A stretch of 64,000 nt of DNA, from assembly GCA_043228905.1 (NCBI GenBank), contig JBHGNT010000012.1:7440001-7504000 (forward strand). The letters run 5' to 3'. The translations under genes were made by a program, and so were the position numbers. This document shows positions 38,227 to 48,766 of this stretch, piece after piece. Below the pieces are notes generated by a model. The model saw only the letters and a list, made by a program, of their open reading frames with translations. It did not search any database and was not told the origin of the DNA. How positions within the stretch are numbered: the first letter of the stretch is position 1; each line of letters opens with the position of its first letter. Source of the stretch: Azolla caroliniana. Lineage: Eukaryota > Plantae > Polypodiophyta.

Positions 38227-40574
38227 TTTTCGGCTAGCATTTGCATTCCCTTCTGGCTCATATGGCATAATCTCTTATGCCACAACTCACCAGTTGTGTC
38301 GGTTGCCACATTTACCTCATTTTGGCATAATCAAACATGCATGATATATAGTGTGTTGGTTTTTCGGGCTCTAGCCACAATCAGGCTTCCTTTGCAAAAC
38401 TTCCCGAAGCCGTTCCGAATGCTACCCGTGTAGCCTTCATCATCCAACCGACCGACTGATATCAGATTCAATCTTACTTTCGGAACGTGTCGAACATCCT
38501 TCAACACTAATCTGCATCTAGTTGAGGTTACTAAACACACTTCTCCTATGCCGACAATTAGGCATGCTCCTTCATTTCCCATTTTTACAAGACCATGGTT
38601 AGGTGAAACGACGCACCCGAATCGACCACCCATGTCGATTATTCGCCGGTGAGTTTGACCTCATTTTGTTCACTAATGAACATAAGCTCATCTTCACTTG
38701 CGACGATTGTTGAGGTGTTTTTTTTGTCCGCGATTTTCTTCGGCTCTACACCATCAACACATGGGCCTTCCCCTCGACTTTGACCTTGTCCCCTGACTTA
38801 TCTCGATTATGAGGACTTCGATTTCGGCCTCTTCCTCGATTCATGTCACTTTCTGTGACTAAGGCTTTTGGGTTGGCAATGGACTCTTGGTCCTTCCAAC
38901 GAGCTTCCTCGTTTAGTAAGCTCGACTTCACCCGATATTGGGATAGATGCTTCCCTTTCGGTCCGGCGTTGCCCAAAGTGACAATGAGCGTCTCCCAGCT
39001 ATTCGGAAGGGATCCCAACAATAACAATGCTAATACCTTGTCGGCCAGAGGTACTTCTAGAGAGGTGGTTTGATTCATTAGTCCTTGGAAGGCATTAATA
39101 TGCTCCGCCATGCTGGAGTCGTCTTGATATCGGAGTCTCACGATTTTTCTGAAAACTGAGACTCTGGTCACGACGTTCTTGTTTTCAAATATTACGCCAA
39201 TCTTCTTCCAGAGGACGTCGGCACTTGTCTCTTCATCAAAGTTGTTGTATAGACTCATGTATATAAAACACCTTACGTATGCAACCGACTTCATATGCAT
39301 GACTTCCCAAGTCGATGCATCGATCTTGTCGTATTGCACCGAAAACCATAGGCCTTTGCACATGAGCATATCCCGCATCTTCAACTTCCACACTGAATAG
39401 TTGGAGCTGGTTAACTTGATCATTCCACTGAAATGTTCGTTCATTGCTCTGATACCACTTGTTAGGATCGGAACCGGTCACAATTGGTTTCACTTATAAT
39501 ATTCGGGTGCAAAGATCAAGAACGATAGTGTAGAGATAGAAGAACGTGAAGATAGAAAACATAAGTGTAGAGACACAAGATTTAACGTGGAAAATCCGAA
39601 AAGGGAAAAACCACGTGGAGTTCCCGAACTCCGAACAGATCACTGTATGGTAGGAGGAATATACAATAAGACACTTGAAGGCAATGACCTTGAGTTCTTC
39701 TTCATCTTCAAACGGTTACAGAGGTATAACTTTGTTCTCACTCACCTATTGTCACTCACACTCAATTACTAAGGCAACTACCCAATGTGTAACTTATTGC
39801 AACTATAATGATTCCACTACACATAAAGTTTGCCCTAGTTGTATTTATACATATACAACTTTCTGTCTATTTACATACATAGCCCACAAAGGGCACATTT
39901 AAACTATTTACATATATGGTCTCTCAATTTCGGTTTTGGTTTTCGGCCTTGGCCTTGGCTTCGGCCGAAATACTCATTGACTCCATTTGATTCAGTTCAT
40001 TCAGTTCCCATCTGAAGGGACCTGTTACCCAACAAAACACTGTGTATTGTGCTTTCTTTGTCAATTTCCTGTTTTTTTTTTTGTTTCTACACGGTGTCTT
40101 TCTGCATAGCTTTCTTTGATTTACGATCCTATCATATCAAGTCTATGATTGTGAATGAACGATCATTAATCGAGGAGGATAAGATTATTGAGCACATGCG
40201 CACATTGCTCAAATTTGCTAACATTATAATATATTTATGTGAACTTACACTTGAGATAAGAACTAGATAAAGCTTCTACATGCACAATGATAGACATTTT
40301 AACTTAGTCTCATTTACTTTTGTTTGTTTCAAAGATGAAACAACATTTTAAGCCATAATGTCTTGTTTGGACTTATAGGCCATTTTGGCTCAAGACTTTT
40401 TACTACCAATTCTTTTAATATATTATTTCTACAAATATTTCATAAGCTATTAGCACGATTCTTAAATTATGGTTCAAACCATTAAACTTCTTATTAGTTT
40501 CTTACAACCTTACCAATTCACATCGTTTTATCCTTCTCTTGAACAAGAACCCCAACTCTTCTACTATCACATAA

Positions 40575-40745
40575 TTCAATCCATCCCAAATCATTATCAT
40601 AAAATTTTGGTTATCGCATTCTTCAATCCATCCCAAAGAATTATCATAAAATTTTGGTTATCACATTCTTCAATCCATCCCTAAGAATTATCATAAAAAT
40701 TTGGTTATGGCATTCTTCAATCCATCCCAAAGAATTATCATGACA
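40575..40745 (+). repeat. ~47-bp tandem repeat x4 at the 3' end of an old LTR
   Basis: caatccatccc at 40577, 40624, 40671, 40718; ends in TGACA before a PBS. Confidence 0.8.
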
Positions 40746-42171
40746 ATTTGGTGAACCCGATATGAACATGTGGTGAAGAGATGGTGTCTCCAGGCAAGAT
40801 GTCAACAATGATGGCTATATCTAAAATGATGCTCAAGAACAATGATCAATGATAGAGGAAAGAGGGCATCAATTGAATCGTCAAGTGGGACGGTTGAGTC
40901 AATCTTTGAAACATGACACAATCCTTGTGAAACTACAAAATGAATATGCTTTGAGTTATTCCCGAAATTATGTGAATTTATTCCTTTGGAAGAGTCGTAG
41001 AAATGATGTGGATTTCTTCCTTTGGAGAGTTGCAAATCCTTAAATGGTATGTGTGAAGTCAATTTTTGCTCGTAAGGAAAGACCATGGCAAATACATCGG
41101 ATGCTAAGGAGTATAAGAATAAAGCACAATATGAAAAGTTCAAGAGTTAAAAGACGAATGAAATTGAAGGGATATGAAGTTAGAGGCGTTTTCCAAAAGT
41201 AGAAAAAGCATGAAAAAAGATGAAAGAAGAAAACGCATAAAAAAGACAGAAAAAGCAAGGTAGAGAAAAAAGCTCATAACTTCTTTATCTCATATCCAAA
41301 TTTCAAAAAAAAAGATTTGTAAGAAAGCTGACAAAGAGAGCTTTCTTGTATGAAAAATTTGGATGACAACCCAAAAACAATGATATGAAAAACGCATCAC
41401 ACAAACTCGAGAATATATAGAAAGAAAAGAAAAGAAAAAAGCAAGAATAACGCAACTAAAAACCTATAAATATGAGGGTATTCTTAGCAATTGAGGACGG
41501 AGGAAGAATAGAATATCTACAAAAATGAGGAGCAGAATATCTACAAGAAGAAGAGAGGAAGAATAAGAAGATTAGAAGAAGTGAGAAGAAGATTAGTTGA
41601 AGAAAGAGAGAAGAAGGAAATACTATTTTGGATAATACTATATTGAAGTAGTTATTTAGGGTTGTTGCTTTTAGAGTCTAAGATGATTGTAGTGTTTTCC
41701 TAATAGTATATTGAAGCATTCTTTTCTCTTCCTCTTCTCTTCTCTATCTTTTTTCTTTCTCTCATCATTGTCAAGATTCGAACTCTTGACACGACCATGT
41801 TATAATCTACTATTATGAGTTAACCAAGATATCTAGTACTAGTTATGTATGTAATTGGTCCTTATTATTTTGCTAGCATCATGTGCATAGTTGCTCCCTT
41901 GTAGTATTTACACTTGGCACATGCATGCATACCTACATGCTCTATTGTAGATTCACATGCGTGCAACAAGTGTGCATGCCATGTAGTATAAATAGAGGAG
42001 TTCACCTTGAAGGAATTCAAGGTGAACAACACCAGTTATGGAGTCTTTCCTTTAGTACTATCTTCTTTCTTGTCCATTTGGTTATCTTCTTGGTTGTCTC
42101 TTGAGTTTATGATCCGTGACAGTTTGTTCACCTTCCCATCCTCATAGCTCTCCCTCTCATAAGCCATAGCT

Positions 42172-43188
42172 ATGTCCGACTCAACTAGTGAGTTAGGCCA
42201 AATAATGGTAGCCTTACGACAACTACAACTTGAAAATGAAGCTCTTCGAAATTCTTTACAAGAACTTCAAGTCGGTACCTCCTTATCCTCACAACCCCCG
42301 AACCCTAGTCTCCCACAACAACCTAGCCTAGAGCCCGATCTTCTACCAACATCTAGCCTAGCTTCGTCACAGTTTCTTGAGCCTAAGGTTAGCCTCCCAG
42401 AAAAATTTGATGGAACGAGGTCGCGTTTCCGAGGGTTCATCAACCAAGTTCGACTTATCATTCGGCTACAACCTCAACGTTATGGAGATGGTCTTCGACA
42501 AGTCGGTCTTGTGGGCACCCTTCTCTCCGGTCCGGCCCAAGCTTGGTTTGCACCATTGGTAGAAACCTCATCACCTTTATTGGAGGACTTTCCCGCCTTC
42601 CTCGCCGAGTTAGAGGCCACATTTGGAGAGACGGACCGACGACGTACAGCTCTTAACAAGATTTATGCACTCGAACAAGGTTCACGTGCAGCTTCGGTCT
42701 ATGCTTCCGAATTTCGACAACTAGCATGCGACGTCAATTGGGATGATCAAGCTTTAGTTGATCACTTTCGGCGCGGTCTTCGAAGTAATGTCAAGAATCT
42801 TCTCTTAAACTTTCCGGAGCCCACCTCGTTATCCCAAGCGATTTCACAAGCAGTCCATTGTGACAATCGTCTTTTCGAATTTCGCCAAGAAGAGCGCCGG
42901 ACTTGGGTTCCACCTCATTCACTTCCACGCCACGCCCCGGTCATACAACCCCAAGCATACTCACACTCGCCTACTTCGGCAGATGCTCCTGTCCCCATGG
43001 AAATTGATCAAGCCCGATTTCGGCCATTGACTGATGCTGAACGACAATTTCGGCGGGCTAATGGCTTGTGCATGTATTGTGGCGCCTCCGGTCATGTCGT
43101 TCGCCATTGTCCTAGGAGTACTCGCCCACAATTCCATCGAGCTAACGGACCCCAACATCCGGAAAACGACATCGTTCGGTTGCAGTAG
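42172..43188 (+). CDS. gag: Gag (PEG10/Sushi-like capsid + CCHC knuckle)
   Basis: PEKFDGTR, LLSGPAQAW, PMEID, CMYCGASGHVVRHC. Confidence 0.95.
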   Translation: MSDSTSELGQIMVALRQLQLENEALRNSLQELQVGTSLSSQPPNPSLPQQPSLEPDLLPTSSLASSQFLEPKVSLPEKFDGTRSRFRGFINQVRLIIRLQPQRYGDGLRQVGLVGTLLSGPAQAWFAPLVETSSPLLEDFPAFLAELEATFGETDRRRTALNKIYALEQGSRAASVYASEFRQLACDVNWDDQALVDHFRRGLRSNVKNLLLNFPEPTSLSQAISQAVHCDNRLFEFRQEERRTWVPPHSLPRHAPVIQPQAYSHSPTSADAPVPMEIDQARFRPLTDAERQFRRANGLCMYCGASGHVVRHCPRSTRPQFHRANGPQHPENDIVRLQ

Positions 43189-46100
43189 GAGCCATGCAAC
43201 TGGACATCTCCCGTCGCCCACATTCTCTTGGTTCCATTGCCGGACCATCAGGCAATTTCACATTGGAGGTATGGCTTTCGTTTAACTCTAGTTCCATTCA
43301 GTCTGTTGCTTTACTTGATTCTGGGGCATCTTCTTGCTTCATCGACGTCGCGTTTGCCCAAGCACATGGCGTACCTGTCGTTGGCCTCTCAAAACCCATT
43401 CCAGTCGAAGCCATCGACGGGTGCGTCCTCTCGTCAGGTGCAATTACTCAAGCTACAATCCCATTAGGGCTTCGGGTGGGCTCACACCAAGAGGAGCTCA
43501 CCTTTTACCTCATCGCATCTCCTCGACATCCGATCGTCTTAGGACTAACGTGGTTGGAGGCGCACAATCCAATAGTAGATTGGTGCAACCGCTCGATCAC
43601 ATTTAGCAAGCCAAGATGCTCGTGCAAAAGTATGAAGGTAAATTCAGTTTCCTATCCTTCGGAGACGGTCGACTCCGAATTGACTACCCCATCATTCGTC
43701 CAGGATGGGTTTGTTTGTGGCGCCATTTCTAACACACTCCATGTTATTCCCGAAAAATACCAACACTTCTCCGACGTATTTGAAAAATGTAATGCTGATC
43801 GGTTGCCTGAACATCGGCTCTACGACTGTCCGATTGATCTTCAAGAAGGTGCGTGTCCACCCTTTGGTCCTCTATATGCGTTGTCTGCACCAGAGTTGAA
43901 GGCCCTTCGTGTGTATCTTGATGAGAACCTCGCGAAAGGCTTTATTCAACCTTCTAAGTCACCAGCCGGGGCCCCCATTTTATTTGTGAAGAAGAAGGAC
44001 GGCTCTCTACGCTTATGCGTCGACTACCGAGGTCTCAACAAACTCACTGTGCGCAACCGCTATCCGCTACCTCTGATCCCCGAACTCCTTGATCGCCTCC
44101 GAGTTGCGCGTGTCTTCTCCAAAGTTGATCTGCGTGGCGCGTACAATCTAGTACGCATCAAGCCGGGGGATGAATGGAAAACCGCATTTCGAACACGGTA
44201 TGGGCATTTCGAATACAAGGTAATGCCTTTTGGTCTTACTAACGCTCCCGCAGTTTTTCAACATATGATGAACGATATTTTCCGGGAATATCTTGATCTT
44301 TTTGTTGTCATTTACCTCGATGATATTCTCATTTTCTCGCCAAACATGGAGGAGCACACTCGCCAAGTCCAATTAGTTCTGGCCAAACTTCGCGAGCATG
44401 GCCTTTATGCCAAAGGCGAGAAATGCGAGTTCGACCGTACCTCGATCGAATTTCTGGGCTACATCATCTCGCCCACTGGCATCACCATGGATATGAAGAA
44501 GGTCTCTGTCATTCAGGCGTGGGTGACTCCAAGGCGACTTAAAGATGTGCAATCCTTCCTCGGCTTCGCAAATTTTTACCGTCGCTTCATCAAGGGGTTT
44601 TCCACCCTAGCACAACCTCTTATCGCTCTCACCCATAAGGGCACTCCATTTTTATGGACCTCGGAGGCACAAAATGCGTTCGACTCACTCAAACACGCAT
44701 TCATCACTGCCCCGGTGCTGCTACATGCCGACCCCACAAAACCCTTCCAAGTCGAAACCGATGCCTCTGACTTTGCCATTGGCGCCATCTTATCCCAAGC
44801 AGACGACAACAACCTAATGCACCCAGTGGCTTACTATTCCCGAAAATTTACGGCATCCGAAATCAATTATCCCATTTATGACAAGGAGCTTGCTGCTATC
44901 ATTGCTGCCTTTGAAGAATGGCGACCCTACTTGGCCGGCGCACAACATCGTGTCCAGGTAGTGACTGATCATAAAAATTTAGTTTATTTTTCCACCACTC
45001 GTACTTTGAATCGAAGGCAGGCCCGTTGGTCAACATTTCTCGCTGACTACGATTTTGAGATTGTATTTCGACCTGGTGGCCAACATGGGAAGGCTGATGC
45101 CCTTTCTCGCCGAGCTGACCTTGCACTCCGCCCTGGGGATGCTGCTTATGCTCAACAATCTAGACGTTTGTTGAAACCCGACCAATTGCATATGTTTGCC
45201 ACTTGTATGTTGCAGGATGATTCTTTACTCCAACAAATCACTGATGCATCCAAGACCGATGCGTTCGCCAACGAGATTCGAGATAGTCTGCAAAACCCCT
45301 CCAAGGCGACCAAAAGGAAGGATCTTGACACCTTCACCATACAAGAGGGTTTGTTGTTCCGAGATCATCTCTTATACGTCCCAGAGGGCCCATGTCGCAC
45401 CCGGGTGTTGCGGGAATGCCACGATGACCCACTTGCAGGTCATTTCGGGGTCGCGAAAACCCTCGAGCTAATCTCTCGGGGGTATTGGTGGCCACAACCA
45501 TGGAAGCTGGTCAAAGAATACATAAAGAGTTGTGAGGTTTGTGCTCGCTCCAAAGCCATTCATCATCGGCCATACGGCTTACTACAACCGCTTCCATGTC
45601 CTCGTCGTCCTTGGGCCTCTATCTCTATGGACCTGATAACTGATCTACCCTTGGTCAATAGTTATGACTCGGTGTTGGTCGTTGTCGATCGGTTTACGAA
45701 GATGGCTCACTTCACTCCATGCTCCAAAACCATTTCCGGAGAAGGAATGGTGCATCTCCTACTCAACAATGTAGTACGCTTGCATGGACTCCCCGATGAT
45801 GTCATCTCGGATCGCGGACCCCAGTTTGTCTCTCACTTCTGGCAGCGCTTGCTACAAACTTTAGGCATCTCTGTCAAGTTGTCCTCCGCTTATCACCCCC
45901 AAACTGACGGGCAAACGGAGCGTGTCAACCAAATCCTTGAGCAGTATCTTCGGTGCTCGGTTAGTTACCAACAAGATGATTGGGTCAACTTACTTTCGCT
46001 CGCGGAATTCGCCTACAATAATTCTCTCCATGCATCGACTGGCGTCACTCCCTTCTTTGCCAACTATGGTTTACATCCTCGCTTCAACATTTCCCTTCCT

Positions 46101-46742
46101 ACCACTTCCGTGAACCCTTCGGCGGAGGATCGTGCCCGCATTTTGGAAGAAGTACATCATGATTTATCCTTGGAGCTTAGTCTTGCTAATGAACGATACA
46201 AGAAGCAGGCCGATCGCCATCGATCTTCCACTCCACACTTTGTCGTTGGAGACATGGTCTGGTTGTTACGTCGACACATCTCTACTACTCGTCCATGTGC
46301 GAAACTTGATTACAAGAAGTTGGGACCATTCCGTATCATCGAGTGCATCAATCCCGTCGCCTTCCGGCTCGCCCTTCCATCCCACTTCCGGATTCACGAT
46401 GTTTTTCATGTCTCCCTCCTCGAACCCCATTATGCTTCACAACTCCCAGGACGTCAAGCCCCACCACCACCACCTGTGCAGTTGACGACAGGGGAGGAAT
46501 ACGAGGTCGACCAAATCCTTGACTCGCGTTGGCACCGTCGACACTTGCAATACCTCGTCCTATGGAGGGGTTACCCCATGTCTGAGGCCACATGGGAACC
46601 ATCGGCAAATTTACAAAATGCCCCAGAGGTCGTCCAAGATTTTCATCACCGATATCCCCACAAACCAGCGGCCGATTTGGGAAGGCGGCGTAAGAGGGGG
46701 GATAATGTCAAGATTCGAACTCTTGACACGACCATGTTATAA
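43161..46742 (+). CDS. pol: Pol: PR-RT-RNase H-IN-chromodomain, via -1 frameshift
   Basis: LLDSGAS, YLDDILI, ETDASD, HFGVAKT, SDRGPQF, YEVDQILDS..YLVLWRGY..ATWEP; -1 frame is open from GGAAAAC at 43161. Confidence 0.95.
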   Translation, partial: GKRHRSVAVGAMQLDISRRPHSLGSIAGPSGNFTLEVWLSFNSSSIQSVALLDSGASSCFIDVAFAQAHGVPVVGLSKPIPVEAIDGCVLSSGAITQATIPLGLRVGSHQEELTFYLIASPRHPIVLGLTWLEAHNPIVDWCNRSITFSKPRCSCKSMKVNSVSYPSETVDSELTTPSFVQDGFVCGAISNTLHVIPEKYQHFSDVFEKCNADRLPEHRLYDCPIDLQEGACPPFGPLYALSAPELKALRVYLDENLAKGFIQPSKSPAGAPILFVKKKDGSLRLCVDYRGLNKLTVRNRYPLPLIPELLDRLRVARVFSKVDLRGAYNLVRIKPGDEWKTAFRTRYGHFEYKVMPFGLTNAPAVFQHMMNDIFREYLDLFVVIYLDDILIFSPNMEEHTRQVQLVLAKLREHGLYAKGEKCEFDRTSIEFLGYIISPTGITMDMKKVSVIQAWVTPRRLKDVQSFLGFANFYRRFIKGFSTLAQPLIALTHKGTPFLWTSEAQNAFDSLKHAFITAPVLLHADPTKPFQVETDASDFAIGAILSQADDNNLMHPVAYYSRKFTASEINYPIYDKELAAIIAAFEEWRPYLAGAQHRVQVVTDHKNLVYFSTTRTLNRRQARWSTFLADYDFEIVFRPGGQHGKADALSRRADLALRPGDAAYAQQSRRLLKPDQLHMFATCMLQDDSLLQQITDASKTDAFANEIRDSLQNPSKATKRKDLDTFTIQEGLLFRDHLLYVPEGPCRTRVLRECHDDPLAGHFGVAKTLELISRGYWWPQPWKLVKEYIKSCEVCARSKAIHHRPYGLLQPLPCPRRPWASISMDLITDLPLVNSYDSVLVVVDRFTKMAHFTPCSKTISGEGMVHLLLNNVVRLHGLPDDVISDRGPQFVSHFWQRLLQTLGISVKLSSAYHPQTDGQTERVNQILEQYLRCSVSYQQDDWVNLLSLAEFAYNNSLHASTGVTPFFANYGLHPRFNISLPTTSVNPSAEDRARILEEVHHDLSLELSLANERYKKQADRHRSSTPHFVVGDMVWLLRRHISTTRPCAKLDYKKLGPFRIIECINPVAFRLALPSHFRIHDVFHVSLLEPHYASQLPGRQAPPPPPVQLTTGEEYEVDQILDSRWHRRHLQYLVLWRGYPMSEATWEPSANLQNAPEVVQDFHHRYPHKPAADLGRRRKRGDNVKIRTLDTTML

Positions 46743-47879
46743 TCTACTATTATGAGTTAACCAAGATATCTAGTACTAGTTATGTATGTAATTGGTCTTT
46801 ATTATTTTGCTAGCATCATGTGCATAGTTGCTCCCTTGTAGTATTTACACTTGGCACATGCATGCATACCTACATGCTCTATTGTAGATTCACATGCGTG
46901 CAACAAGTGTGCATGCCATGTAGTATAAATAGAGGAGTTCACCTTGAAGGAATTCAAGGTGAACAACACCAGTTATGGAGTCTTTCCTTTAGTACTATCT
47001 TCTTTCTTGTCCATTTGGTTATCTTCTTGGTTGTCTCTTGAGTTTATGATCCGTGACAATCATCAGTATGGATTTCAGAGCTCCAAGAAGGCAAGAGGAC
47101 ATGGATGAATTTCAAGCATGTGATGCGCAAAATGTTTGACATCAATGATGCCTCAAAGATTATTCAATTAGGATTCCTATATTGAGCAAAATCCATCCAC
47201 GAAAATGTACTAGTGTTGAATATTCTCAATGAGTTTGACAATAAATTCAACCCACTCATAATGAGCGATCAAGCTTTTCTTTATCTCGACAAGAAGGTGG
47301 TGTTTCTTTGAGCGATTGACAAAAATAAAATACCCAAAGGATTTCATGGAGCTCTTGGAAGATGCAAACGATTAAGATCAAGCTAATTGAATCTCGGTAT
47401 GAGGTAAAGAGCATTTGCATATGCTTCAACAAAAGACTACAATGACTCGATGACAACCTAATCTCAAGTAAGCAAAAGGCTCCAATAGTGCTAATTAAAA
47501 TTATGGCAATGGAACAAGACAATAATGTTGAGGAGGGGATCAATTTGTAGATTCTAGAGAAATTAGCAAAAGCCTTGGATGAATTGAAAACCTCTATTCC
47601 TTGGTTGGAAGAAGTTGGGATCATCAGTGAAGCGGCAAACAATGGTGCATATGGTGTGATAGTCTCGAAGCATGAATGATGCAATTGAACTAAAGCTTAA
47701 AAAACATCATCATCTACTATGAGGGCAAAAACATCATCATCTACAATGAGGGCAGCCCAATTCACTAATTTACAACATGGTTGTTAGTCAATATCAATTT
47801 TAGAAAAAGAGGAATGAAGAGCTTGATGAGGAGATAGAAGCAAAGAAAGCATAACGTAAGCTACTACTACATAGAGACA

Positions 47880-48280
47880 ACTTTCAGACTCTTCACTCTT
47901 TATCCGGCAAGGTCGGAACGGGCCGATAAGAATTTTACTTTATGTTGATGATTTAGTCATCGCCGGAACCAACCAAGAAGAAATCAATTGCGTCAAGTAC
48001 CAACTAGCAGCGTCATTCGAAATGAAGGATCTGGGGGACCTTCATTATTTCCTTGGGATCGAAGTGATCCGCACCCCTGAAGGCGTACTAATCAGTCAAC
48101 GCCATTATGTGTTGAGTATGCTCTTCAAATTTGGAATGACGGGATGTAAATCCGTCTCATCTCCCCTGGATAGGAATGTGAAGCTCTGCCCCGACTCCGG
48201 ACCGGCATGCGACCCGAAAAGGTTCCGACAAATAGTCGGAAGTCTCATATACTTGACCATCACCCGGTCAAATCTCAGTT
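47880..48280 (+). pseudogene. Copia RT fragment interrupted by family A copy 3
   Basis: SDSSLFIRQG, LYVDDLV, MKDLGDLHYFLGIEV; similar to 60538..61542; stops at the LTR at 48281. Confidence 0.88.
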
Positions 48281-48712
48281 TGTTAACTCTTAGGGCCGGA
48301 CAATGGCCTAACACAGGGTGTCTACGGAAGACACTTCACCAAAGGGGTGTTACGGCATCAGGGTTAGACTCAACGCTTAATCCGACTTAATTAGGTTACT
48401 TAGCATGATCGTCCTTAATCTTCACACGCGTAAGATATAACAATGAATGTAGAACGGCAATTAACACAGAGATAAAAAACACTAAGCTTTATTAATTAAC
48501 CGCTACTCATTACATTGTACCCGAGCCTTTAAATAGGTTTCCGGTCTGTAGTACAAAACGGTGCCATCCGCACCTGTTCGGGATCGGTTCGGATCCGGAA
48601 CGGCATACTGATTCCGGTCCGTCCGTCCACACTCATAGCTTACTTACAACCATTTCTACTAATTAAATAACTCCCCGTTTCACACTCTGGACTCCTTTGC
48701 CGGCCGGTAACA
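48281..48712 (-). repeat. 3' LTR of copy 3
   Basis: TG..CA termini; minus-strand ctatttaaa and aataaa. Confidence 0.85.
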
Positions 48713-48714
48713 CA

Positions 48715-48731
48715 TGGCACGCCCGTGGGAC
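48715..48731 (-). promoter_or_regulatory. tRNA-3'-end copy (anti-PBS) at the PPT position
   Basis: + strand TGGCACGCCCGTGGGAC, 2 nt from the LTR; identical 17-mer to 18569-18585. Confidence 0.85.
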
Positions 48732-48766
48732 AGTACCTTGTATGTTGAATCCACATCCGACCCTTG

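Larger units (their letters stand above)
34049..40034 (-). mobile_element. Full-length degenerate Ty1/Copia (Tork/Tnt1-like)
   Basis: LTRs 34049-34616 and 39460-40034, TSD AAACA, Met PBS near 39447-39457, PPT at 34619; gag 38746..39444, IN, RT (LLYVDDML) and RH fragments. Confidence 0.95.
33470..40139 (+). mobile_element. Solo LTR split by the Copia at 34049-40034
   Basis: tgttagg...tatca, TSD ggtct/agtct, gtataaata and cccgtggtttttccc LTR motifs. Confidence 0.65.
41769..47058 (+). mobile_element. Intact young Tcn1-like chromovirus (Ty3/Gypsy)
   Basis: 353-bp LTRs 41769-42121 and 46706-47058 (one difference seen), TSD ATCAT, PPT gagggggg, uninterrupted ORFs. Confidence 0.97.
41052..47065 (+). 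mobile_element. Solo LTR (~720 bp) split by the Tcn1-like element
   Basis: tgtgaag...catca, TSD GTATG at 41047 and 47066; cctataaata at 41463 then a GA-rich tract. Confidence 0.75.
40749..47700 (+). pseudogene. Old Trp-PBS Gypsy gag relic, split by nested insertions
   Basis: PBS TGGTGAACCCGA at 40749-40760; WRVANP (41023) joined to WISELQEGKRTWMNF...DAS...EFDNKF...DQAFL (47068 onward) aligns by eye with the gag at 55039..57164. Confidence 0.65.
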
